From assembly GCA_039802605.1 (NCBI GenBank), contig JBDRWW010000002.1, forward strand, positions 192,001 through 256,000: 64,000 nucleotides of DNA, given 5' to 3'. Below the pieces are notes generated by a model. It saw nothing but the letters and a program-made list of their open reading frames with translations. It searched no databases and was not told the DNA's origin. Both the position numbers and the translations under genes were made by a program. Of this stretch, positions 40,743 through 48,554 are shown one piece after another. The stretch is from a candidate division WOR-3 bacterium. GTDB lineage: Bacteria; Hydrothermota; Hydrothermia; LBFQ01. The first letter of the stretch is position 1; each line of letters starts with the position of its first letter.

Positions 40743-41810
40743 CTACCAAGGCGATAATACAAAAACCAATGCCACAAATTCCCAAAACTTCCTTGCGGGT
40801 AATTGGCCGTAATTTTTACGGGTCTTTTCCCACGAATATATAAAAATTATTGTAAGTATTAACAAAAAACCTCCCAAAACTAAACCCCCTTCCCAAGATT
40901 GATATCCGTAATAATACCTTAGGGGATTTGTAAAAGGAGAACCGTAAACTATCGCATTGTGAAAAGCGTAAGACATAAGGGAATTCCTTCCCAACATGGC
41001 CAAAAGTGGAAATTTATATCCGACATCTTTGGCGTATTTAAGAATGTATAAAATTATCAAAATAACACCCGTTTTCAACAGTATATATGGTAGGTAAGAT
41101 TCCTCTCTCGGAAAGTGAAAGAAAACATTAAGGAAAACGAAGGATATGGGTATTAATGTGATTAAAAAGAAAACCCTTTTATCCATAAGGTATGCCGAAG
41201 CCATAGCGCTACCAAAGAACATATAACCCCAATATGGGAATATGGGAAAAAGGGAGTATTTAAAGGTAAAATAAGGGGCTATAAACATCGGTAAATTTTC
41301 ACCGTATTTGTTTATTATCGGGCTTAATACCCATACCAAAAAGGCCAAGGTTAAAAACACCATAAGCCTTTTAAAATTGTCCTCTACAAAATAAAGGATC
41401 AATGTAATGGCTATTGCGCCAAGGCCTATACATATTAAAATTTCAACCCTTTGAAATATTTTTAAAGACTGCTCAAAAAATTCGGGGGATTTGCCGAGAA
41501 TATAAAGGTACATGTGTTCAAGGGTTTTTGTAAGGGATTTAAACGGTAACTGCATGGCGTAACCAAAGGCCATGAGTTCAATTCCCCTCCTAAGTCTACT
41601 AAAAAACTTATCCCTTTTAAAAGTGTATAACGCTAAAAATCCCGAGGATACCAGAAATGCAGGGGCAACCAACCCATTGAAAAAAGCTACGGATTGGTAT
41701 AACTCCGTTTTTTTTAAAAAATCGGGAAACAAACCATCAAAAGTATGTGTTGGAACCATCCAAACAACAAATATACCCTTTAACCAATCAATAAATAAAA
41801 GCCTTTCCAA
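40743..41810 (-). CDS. Membrane acyltransferase-like protein (DUF1624 / HGSNAT-domain family)
   Basis: RLLFIDWLKG...M..H, APAFL..SG, FPIFP, LGRNSL..Y..H; multi-TM. Confidence 0.75.
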   Translation of the reverse strand: MERLLFIDWLKGIFVVWMVPTHTFDGLFPDFLKKTELYQSVAFFNGLVAPAFLVSSGFLALYTFKRDKFFSRLRRGIELMAFGYAMQLPFKSLTKTLEHMYLYILGKSPEFFEQSLKIFQRVEILICIGLGAIAITLILYFVEDNFKRLMVFLTLAFLVWVLSPIINKYGENLPMFIAPYFTFKYSLFPIFPYWGYMFFGSAMASAYLMDKRVFFLITLIPISFVFLNVFFHFPREESYLPYILLKTGVILIILYILKYAKDVGYKFPLLAMLGRNSLMSYAFHNAIVYGSPFTNPLRYYYGYQSWEGGLVLGGFLLILTIIFIYSWEKTRKNYGQLPARKFWEFVALVFVLSPW

Positions 41811-41835
41811 AATTCTACTTTAAAAATTACAACTT

Positions 41836-41858
41836 AAAACCCCGTTTTACGGGATTTT
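41836..41858 (-). terminator. Intrinsic terminator after the 41-aa peptide gene
   Basis: Minus strand AAAATCCCGT-AAA-ACGGGGTTTT immediately at/after the TAA. Confidence 0.7.
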
Positions 41859-41983
41859 TAACTGGTTATAAGTATATTTCCCCCTTTGCTCATGCTTCTG
41901 CCGATTATTGCGGGTTTTTCATAGGGCTTTCTCTCGGAAAGCCTTGGCACCCTTCTTTCTTCATTGTTTTGTCTTTTTTCCAT
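41858..41983 (-). CDS. 41-aa peptide MEKRQNNEERRVPRLSERKPYEKPAIIGRSMSKGGNILITS, candidate RiPP precursor
   Basis: Not in the ORF track; TATAAT (42005-42010), AAAGGAGGTGA SD just upstream of the ATG, terminator downstream, KPYEKPAI motif. Confidence 0.75.
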   Translation of the reverse strand: MEKRQNNEERRVPRLSERKPYEKPAIIGRSMSKGGNILITS

Positions 41984-42005
41984 GTTTCACCTCCTTTACC
42001 GTGTA

Positions 42006-42335
42006 TTATAAGGGTGAAATGGAATTTGTGGGAATAATTATCTGATAGGATTTTAATTCCAATAATTTTGCCTTTCCTATGAATATCCAAATACCCGTTG
42101 CAAATCTTTCTTTGTTTTTACGGTAATATTCCCTTAAAAGCCTCTTAATCCTATTTCTCTTAACCGCCTTTCTTACACCCCTTTCAACCGCAAACAAAAC
42201 CCTTTTTTCCCCATAGGGACAAAACCTTAAAACGAGGAAATCATCCCTATAAACGGTTTTACTGTTTTCAAAAGCCCATTTTATGAGCTTTCTGCCCCTC
42301 AATATCTCACCTTTTGGGAGTTTTTGATCACTCAC
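42006..42335 (-). CDS. rnpA: Ribonuclease P protein component
   Basis: KAVKRNRIKRLLRE RNR motif; basic, about 110 aa. Confidence 0.88.
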   Translation of the reverse strand: MSDQKLPKGEILRGRKLIKWAFENSKTVYRDDFLVLRFCPYGEKRVLFAVERGVRKAVKRNRIKRLLREYYRKNKERFATGIWIFIGKAKLLELKSYQIIIPTNSISPL

Positions 42336-42687
42336 AGGGAAACTTAACCCTATCCCCTATTTTTATTCCTCTTTTTTTAAACCAACCCCTATTAACCTCT
42401 AACGCGTACTGAACCCTGTTCTTTGAAATTATAGGCTTTTCGTTTAGGGGCTCCATATCGTATATTTCCAATATCTTCCAATCGCTAGAAATGTACGCTA
42501 TGGAAAGGGGTATATATGTGTTTTTCATCCAAAAGGATAACCTTTGTGGATAGGGGAAGATGAAAAGCATACCTTGATTTTCCGGCAGTGTATCCCTATA
42601 CATCAACCCCCTTTGCAATTCATAAGGTTCATCCGCTATTTCAACATATAGGGTTTCGGCGTTTATACACAAAGCCACTAAATTCAT
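42328..42687 (-). CDS. DUF192 family protein
   Basis: VEIAD...RGLMYR, GMLF, FWMKNT, YALEVN.G. Confidence 0.92.
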   Translation of the reverse strand: MNLVALCINAETLYVEIADEPYELQRGLMYRDTLPENQGMLFIFPYPQRLSFWMKNTYIPLSIAYISSDWKILEIYDMEPLNEKPIISKNRVQYALEVNRGWFKKRGIKIGDRVKFPCE

Positions 42688-43211
42688 TCAACAAACTCCA
42701 CCCTTATCACACCCCTGAAATTGTCAACCGAATAACCTCGGGCCCTATCCTTAGGGTATCTTTTGAGTATTTCCTCCAAAACATTTTTGGGTATGTTTTT
42801 CCCTTCAATGCCATGACAATTTAGGCATAATGGCCTTACGAATAGGGGTTTGTAAAACCTATAAACCGTTTTCCCATCCCTCTTAAAGGTTTGTATGTAA
42901 TACTCGGGTTTTTCCCCTTTTTTCACCTTATTCTCAAAATATTTTAGGGCTTTCGCTTCGTATTTATCGGGTTTGTTTTTGGGGTTTCTATAATTAAAAC
43001 TTGTGCGTTTTATAGAAACATTATAAGCCTTGGATAAGCTGTCCGTTATGGGTAATGCCCTTTCGGAACAATATGATACGGCATTAACCAAGCCTTTTTC
43101 CTTTATGGCGCCTTCAAGTTCGTTTAAAAGGGCCTGCATAAATACCTTTACAATTTCTTCGCCCTTTTCCTTAACAAAACCTTCTTCGATACCAAACAAC
43201 AGGAGCAACAT
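42684..43211 (-). CDS. DUF3365 (Tll0287-like) heme c protein
   Basis: A...C, KRTS..YRNP.N.PD..E, CLNCHG, YP.D.A.GY....RG. Confidence 0.88.
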   Translation of the reverse strand: MLLLLFGIEEGFVKEKGEEIVKVFMQALLNELEGAIKEKGLVNAVSYCSERALPITDSLSKAYNVSIKRTSFNYRNPKNKPDKYEAKALKYFENKVKKGEKPEYYIQTFKRDGKTVYRFYKPLFVRPLCLNCHGIEGKNIPKNVLEEILKRYPKDRARGYSVDNFRGVIRVEFVE

Positions 43212-43234
43212 AGCGAAAATATTCTAAGGCCGTT

Positions 43235-44056
43235 TTAAAAACCGTACCTTTTAAGGATTTCCATTACATATTCCTTTATGGGTACGAAACCGTGGTTAAT
43301 TTCCCTTATCGTTTCCAATTTTAAACTATGCGTTAATGCCTCCCAGGTTTCAAGGTTTAGAACCTCCCAAAACCCAACCTTTTTTATGGGAAAACCCGTT
43401 ATGTCCGACAATAACTCCGCAAAATGTTTTTGCTTCCAGTATTCGGAAAATAGATTATAAATTCCAATTTCACATTTCAAAGCCAATTCCGTACTTAAAA
43501 TGGCGCAATCTTTGAGGGTTATCAGGCTCATTATATTTTCGCCATGGCCGTAAATCGGAACGAAACCATTTCTTAGCATAACATTTAAATAAAACCTCTT
43601 AAACCAAGAACCATCACCCAAAACCCAACCGGGTCTTAAAATTAAGGCATTTTTATATTTTAAAAAAGGCTTTTCTTGAAGAAAATAAAATCTTGCAAAG
43701 CCAACGGGTTTTATGGGTGAGTTTTCATTTGCAACACCCCCTCCATATACAAGGGAACCTGAAAAATAAACGAGTTTTCTCCCCTTTAAAACCCTTACGA
43801 TATCACTATTCAAAAAATACCCCCACAAGGATTTTAAAAACCTACCAATGGTATTACTATGCGAAAACTTTGCCAAATGGAATAAAACATCGTAATCGTT
43901 ATGTTTAATAACCCCCCTTAAACCCCCTTTAACGGTTTTTACACCTTTTATAGGGGTTTTATGCTCATAAGCCAAAACTTCTAAGCCCTTTCCCCTTAGC
44001 GCGTTTATTATTTCCCTACCTATAAAACCGGAACCGCCTATAACGAAAGCCCTCAA
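43235..44056 (-). CDS. NAD-dependent epimerase/dehydratase family protein (atypical SDR)
   Basis: GGSGFIG, SLVYG, LRPGWVLG. Confidence 0.8.
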   Translation of the reverse strand: MRAFVIGGSGFIGREIINALRGKGLEVLAYEHKTPIKGVKTVKGGLRGVIKHNDYDVLFHLAKFSHSNTIGRFLKSLWGYFLNSDIVRVLKGRKLVYFSGSLVYGGGVANENSPIKPVGFARFYFLQEKPFLKYKNALILRPGWVLGDGSWFKRFYLNVMLRNGFVPIYGHGENIMSLITLKDCAILSTELALKCEIGIYNLFSEYWKQKHFAELLSDITGFPIKKVGFWEVLNLETWEALTHSLKLETIREINHGFVPIKEYVMEILKRYGF

Positions 44057-44072
44057 CCTTAAAATTTTAAGG
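44057..44072. promoter_or_regulatory. Perfect 16-bp palindrome CCTTAAAATTTTAAGG, probable symmetric bidirectional -10 promoter
   Basis: Fills the whole gap between two divergent start codons; TAAAAT 7 nt before each start. Confidence 0.75.
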
Positions 44073-44852
44073 ATGGAGGAGTATTACAAAAAAGTTGGCG
44101 AATATTATAGCGAGGATGCTAAGGATTTTGATAAAAGGTATGAAGAAAACTTTGTTTTGAAAAGGCTTAGGAGGGATTTTAGAGAAATAACCTTAAAATT
44201 TTTAAAGGGAGAACCCAAAAGGATCCTTGAAATAGGTTTTGGCACGGGTTTGGACTTGGAGTTTTTTGCAAAAGAGTTTAAAGATGCCGAGATTTGGGGC
44301 ATAGAGGTTGCGGAGGGGATGTTAAAAGAGGCGCAGAAAAGGTTAAAGGGTATAAAAAATGTAAAACTTTTCCTCGGAAGCCTTGAAACCTTAGAAATAA
44401 CTACAAGTTTTGATTTGATATATTCATACTTTGGTGCGGTTAATACGGTGTACGATTTGGAAGGCTTTTGCAAGAGATTATCAAAAATATCGCACAAGGA
44501 TACGGTTTTAGTATTTTCCTGCGTAAACAAGTTTTACCTGTTTGATATATTTTTTAACCTTTTGAGGTTAAGGTTTAAAAAGGCTTTTGAAAGGATTAAG
44601 GGTTGGAAGGGATATTCGCCGTATAAGGATATTGATAGCAAACCGTTATCCTACTGGGATGTGAAAAGATATTTTCGGGATTGGGAGGTGGCCTTTTATA
44701 AGGGTTATTCAATTGCGTACCCCGCATGGTATAGGGCTTATAGGTTTAAGGAGGAAAGGGTTGAGTTCCTTTGGGAAATTGATAAAATTTTGAACAATAC
44801 GCCTTTTAAGTATTTCGGGGAGTATTCCATTTATGTTTTGAGGAGGATTTGA
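44073..44852 (+). CDS. Class I SAM-dependent methyltransferase
   Basis: ILEIGFGTG motif I, FDLIYS.FG..N. Confidence 0.88.
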   Translation: MEEYYKKVGEYYSEDAKDFDKRYEENFVLKRLRRDFREITLKFLKGEPKRILEIGFGTGLDLEFFAKEFKDAEIWGIEVAEGMLKEAQKRLKGIKNVKLFLGSLETLEITTSFDLIYSYFGAVNTVYDLEGFCKRLSKISHKDTVLVFSCVNKFYLFDIFFNLLRLRFKKAFERIKGWKGYSPYKDIDSKPLSYWDVKRYFRDWEVAFYKGYSIAYPAWYRAYRFKEERVEFLWEIDKILNNTPFKYFGEYSIYVLRRI

Positions 44853-45685
44853 ATTTGAAGCGATTGGATTACGAGATTTTAAAGGTTTTGGCCTATTCAT
44901 CGGTTTTTGGATCGGGTTTGGATTTGGGGGAAATAAAAAGGTTTTTGGGGATAAAGGCGGATTACGGTGAGATAATGGAATCTTTAAACGTCCTGTTGGA
45001 AAAAGGGGTAATATTTGAAAAAGATGGGTTTTACGCTTTAAAACCGGAGTATGCGGATAATGCTATTAAAAATCGGGAGGTTTTCAAGCGTTATATTAAG
45101 AAATACAAATGGGCACTCACTTTAATATACGCTTTTCCGTTTGTTAGAGGGGTTTTTATTACGGGAAGTGTGGCTTCGGGATATCCTGCGGAAGGCGATG
45201 ATATTGATGTTTTAATGGTTTGCGGAAAGGGAAGGTTATACACCTGTCGCTTATTCGTTATGTTGTTTGTTAAGTTCTTTCCAAAAATTTGCCCGAATTT
45301 TTTCATAGCGGAAGACAACTTGGAGTTTAAACCCGAAGATTACTACGTTTGTAGGGAGTTAGCCCATATGATACCCGTATCTTCAAAATCCGCTTATAAA
45401 AAGATACTATGCAAAAACTCTTGGATTTTTAAAGTCTTTCCCAACTTTTACCCGAATAAACCGATTGAAGTTTGGGAAAGCAAAGGATTAAAGAGGTTCT
45501 TGGAGGTAATTTTTTCGCCAATGCCCGAGAAATCCCTAATGGAATTGCAAATCAAAAGGTTTATGAAAAAGGGCTTTAAAGGCGAAGATATAAGGTTTAA
45601 TGAAAGGGAATTTAAACCGCATAAAGAACCCCACCGTAAAAGGATTATGGAAAGGTTTTCGGAGGTTATGAGTTCCCTAAGTTGA
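44849..45685 (+). CDS. Nucleotidyltransferase-domain protein with N-terminal winged-helix-like region
   Basis: TGSVASG.....DDIDV Pol-beta-type motif, CPN. Confidence 0.7.
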   Translation: MNLKRLDYEILKVLAYSSVFGSGLDLGEIKRFLGIKADYGEIMESLNVLLEKGVIFEKDGFYALKPEYADNAIKNREVFKRYIKKYKWALTLIYAFPFVRGVFITGSVASGYPAEGDDIDVLMVCGKGRLYTCRLFVMLFVKFFPKICPNFFIAEDNLEFKPEDYYVCRELAHMIPVSSKSAYKKILCKNSWIFKVFPNFYPNKPIEVWESKGLKRFLEVIFSPMPEKSLMELQIKRFMKKGFKGEDIRFNEREFKPHKEPHRKRIMERFSEVMSSLS

Positions 45686-46919
45686 GTTTTAAACTTTTTA
45701 TGGCATTTCTAAAAACTTCGGACCTGTGTTTGTAATCCCTGAACATATCAAAGGATGCGCACGCGGGCGATAGTAAAACGGGTTCCCCGGAGGATATGCT
45801 ATAAGCCTTTTTAACCGCATCGTACATATCACTCGCCTCAACTACATCAACTATGTCGGAAAATGTATCCTTTACGAGCTCTTTACTTTTGCCAATTGCA
45901 ACAATCCCCTTAACCCTTTTCCTTACCTCATCCCTCAAACTCTCAAACCCCAAGCCCTTGTTATCCCCGCCCATAATTAACACAACCCGTTCAAAGTTTT
46001 TAAGGGCGTATAGGGTGGCATGCGGGTTTGTACCCTTTGAATCATCGTAGAATTCAACATCTCCAACCCTATCAACCAACTCAACCCTACCCTTTAAAGG
46101 CCGTAAGTCTTCCAAATTAAACTCTCTAACCCCAATAAGGTATGAGGACAATACCGCAAACATAGTGTCATATATAAGGGGAGGGGTTTGTAAATGTTTA
46201 GGCATTTCTATTCTTCCAAACTCCCCGAATATAAAACCATCATCATAAAAAACATCGGATTTTTTTGAATTTATAGAGACCGTAAGAACCTTACCTTTGG
46301 CGTTCCTTTTGCATACCTCAAAGTATTCGTCATCGGCGTTTAGGATGGAGAAGTCGTTCTCATTCAAATTGTAAAAGATTTTTAGCTTGTCCGTCAAATA
46401 GTTTTCAAATGTTAAATGCCAATCAAGGTGATCCGGGGATATGTTCGTTATAACCGCTATATCCGGCTTAAACTCTTTTGTATAATGTAATTGGAAGCTT
46501 GAAACTTCCAAAACGAATATACCCTCCTTAAATGCAAAATCCGAAACCGGGGTACCCCAATTACCACCTATAAAAGAGCCTTTTATTAGTTTATGCGTAA
46601 AATAAGCCGTCGTCGATTTTCCATTTGTTCCCGTAATTGCTATAACCCTACCCTTTAAGAATTTCCAACCTATTTCCAACTCTGGTATTATTGGTATTTT
46701 GGAATTTTCAACCCTACTCAAAACCCTGTGATGTGGTGGTATTCCCGGCGAAGGCGAAACGATATCGCACATCAATATCCTGTAAGTGTTCTCCCTCTCA
46801 TCCCCTTCATTAATGTCGGATACAAATGTTTTTACACCGATTTTATCCATTAAACTTTTTAAAGATTTCCCACTTTTACCAAACCCCAATATACCCAAAT
46901 ATTTACCCTCTAACCTCAT
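45666..46919 (-). CDS. murD: UDP-N-acetylmuramoylalanine--D-glutamate ligase
   Basis: SPGIP, ITGTNGKST, EVSSFQL, DHLDWH, DDSKGTN, LLSPACASFD. Confidence 0.96.
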   Translation of the reverse strand: MRLEGKYLGILGFGKSGKSLKSLMDKIGVKTFVSDINEGDERENTYRILMCDIVSPSPGIPPHHRVLSRVENSKIPIIPELEIGWKFLKGRVIAITGTNGKSTTAYFTHKLIKGSFIGGNWGTPVSDFAFKEGIFVLEVSSFQLHYTKEFKPDIAVITNISPDHLDWHLTFENYLTDKLKIFYNLNENDFSILNADDEYFEVCKRNAKGKVLTVSINSKKSDVFYDDGFIFGEFGRIEMPKHLQTPPLIYDTMFAVLSSYLIGVREFNLEDLRPLKGRVELVDRVGDVEFYDDSKGTNPHATLYALKNFERVVLIMGGDNKGLGFESLRDEVRKRVKGIVAIGKSKELVKDTFSDIVDVVEASDMYDAVKKAYSISSGEPVLLSPACASFDMFRDYKHRSEVFRNAIKSLKLNLGNS

Positions 46920-47650
46920 ATTGCCGCGTATGTAATCCTCTTCGATTTTGCGGTGGGCTTTTCAAATGACAGGTCGTCAAAAGCCCAAACATTTATAAAT
47001 CCGGCCTTTAAGAGCAAACTTTTAACCTGGTTTAATGTATAACCCTGTTCCGTATAAACCTCCTCTATTTTTCTGTAAAGGTTGTCGCCATAGGGCACGA
47101 AAAGGGTTAATGTCAATTTTGCCCTACCGTTGCCCAAGTACTCACCTTTCCAGATGCTATAAATCCCATCCTTCAAAATCTTCACAAACAACGCCTCATT
47201 CCAAACGGTTTGCATTGCGTAAGTTGTATTTAAATCGCATACGAGAATACCGCCCGGCCTTAGGTGTCTCTTAAAATTTTTAAACGCCATAAACAATTCT
47301 TCGGGTTCTAATATGTTGTTCAAACTGTCGAATGTACTAACAATTGCATCAAAATCCATATCCAAGGAAAAACTCCTCGCATCGCCGACATAAAACTGGA
47401 CATTGGGCAATTTCTTCCTAGCAACCTTTAACATATCCTCAGAAAAGTCTACTCCCACCACATTATACCCCAAATTTTTTAAGTACTTCGTTAAATTACC
47501 CGTGCCACAACCAACCTCCAAAACATCCTTTACCCTCAACCTTGAAAAGGTAAAGATCCTGCTTATATACTGCGCCCAATATTCGTAATCCACATCTTCA
47601 AATAAGTAATCATAATATTTTGCCACCTCCGAAAACGGCTTTATTGACAT
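46916..47650 (-). CDS. Class I SAM-dependent methyltransferase
   Basis: YYD, VLEVGCGTG, GVDFSEDML, DSLN, LRPGG. Confidence 0.9.
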   Translation of the reverse strand: MSIKPFSEVAKYYDYLFEDVDYEYWAQYISRIFTFSRLRVKDVLEVGCGTGNLTKYLKNLGYNVVGVDFSEDMLKVARKKLPNVQFYVGDARSFSLDMDFDAIVSTFDSLNNILEPEELFMAFKNFKRHLRPGGILVCDLNTTYAMQTVWNEALFVKILKDGIYSIWKGEYLGNGRAKLTLTLFVPYGDNLYRKIEEVYTEQGYTLNQVKSLLLKAGFINVWAFDDLSFEKPTAKSKRITYAAI

Positions 47651-47655
47651 ATAGG

Positions 47656-47676
47656 GAATTATACGCTTGAAAAGTC
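47656..47676 (+). repeat. 21-bp direct repeat copy 1 (GAATTATACGCTTGAAAAGTC)
   Basis: Identical to 48458-48478; on the minus strand it holds the nuclease stop codon and TATAAT. Confidence 0.92.
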
Positions 47677-48450
47677 CTTTGGCCTAAAGTTTTTTGGATT
47701 TAAAACCTTAACATCCTTGCCGTCTTTATGCTTTAAAACGATAAAACCCTTCTTACTCGCATACCTATCAACACCCTTCTGTATCCTCATTCCGGCAACG
47801 GCACCATACAACCTAAAACCTTTATACTCATAAAACACCTTTAAAAACTTATTCTTTAATCTTTCCTCAAACTCATCAACATCTCCCTTTTTTAATGTGG
47901 TTTTCACCTCAACGACAATAACATAATCTTTTCCAACGGCCAACGCATCAACTTCCATATCCTTCCTTTTCCTATACTCCTCCAAGTAAAACCCTTTAAA
48001 CCCCAACTCCTTTAAAGCATATTCCAAACCCTCCCTTATCGTTTCTTCCGTATAGTTTTGCCATAAACCGTTTAACTGGGATATTGATGTTGTAGTTTTA
48101 TCAACTCGTATAGCTATTTCCTCTATTTTTTTACTCATAACTTTTATCTGTTCATCCGTTTCAGCCTGTCTCTCAGCAAGTTCTTTTATCTTTTTATCAG
48201 TCTCCTCCTGCCTTTTTGCAAGGCTTTCAACCAGTTTCCTCGTTTCCTTTAACATCTTATCCGTTTCCTTTTGACTCTCAGCAAGTTCTCTTAGTTTTTT
48301 ATCTGTCTCCTCTTGACTCTTTGCCAACCTGTCAAGCCTTTCGCCAACACTATCAAGCCTTCTACCAACATCATCAAGCCTTTTGCCAACATCGTCAAGC
48401 CTTTTTCCCACCTCTTTTAGTATTTCCCATATTTCTTTTGCATTCTCCAT
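47659..48450 (-). CDS. Coiled-coil protein with C-terminal PD-(D/E)XK nuclease-like domain (DUF3782-like)
   Basis: Heptad repeats VGKRLDD x4 and Q.ETD x4; EVD...VEVK motif; start revised to ATG 48450. Confidence 0.8.
   Translation of the reverse strand: MENAKEIWEILKEVGKRLDDVGKRLDDVGRRLDSVGERLDRLAKSQEETDKKLRELAESQKETDKMLKETRKLVESLAKRQEETDKKIKELAERQAETDEQIKVMSKKIEEIAIRVDKTTTSISQLNGLWQNYTEETIREGLEYALKELGFKGFYLEEYRKRKDMEVDALAVGKDYVIVVEVKTTLKKGDVDEFEERLKNKFLKVFYEYKGFRLYGAVAGMRIQKGVDRYASKKGFIVLKHKDGKDVKVLNPKNFRPKDFSSV
48331..48412 (-). repeat. In-frame 21-bp tandem repeats encoding VG(K/R/E)RLD(D/S/R) heptads
   Basis: TCAAGCCTT recurs every 21 bp, four times. Confidence 0.8.
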
Positions 48451-48457
48451 ACAATGT

Positions 48458-48478
48458 GAATTATACGCTTGAAAAGTC
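48458..48478 (+). repeat. 21-bp direct repeat copy 2
   Basis: Identical to 47656-47676; minus-strand TATAAT is 9 nt before ATG 48450. Confidence 0.92.
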
Positions 48479-48554
48479 TCCAAATACCTCATACGCTAAG
48501 AAAGTAGGGCAAGCTCATTAAAAGGTAAGTTCAACCTTATAATATTCCATCTCT

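Noticed and set aside
41905..42090. 61-aa ORF from the track
   Set aside because: Overlaps rnpA and lacks initiation signals; the 41-aa ORF in another frame has the SD, promoter and terminator
48331..48412. 21-bp periodic repeats as a CRISPR array
   Set aside because: In-frame degenerate coding heptads with no unique spacers and no cas genes
48451..48492. N-terminal extension MRYLETFQAYNSHC of the nuclease ORF
   Set aside because: Runs through the direct repeat/promoter; ATG 48450 fits the -10 spacing and begins the coiled coil
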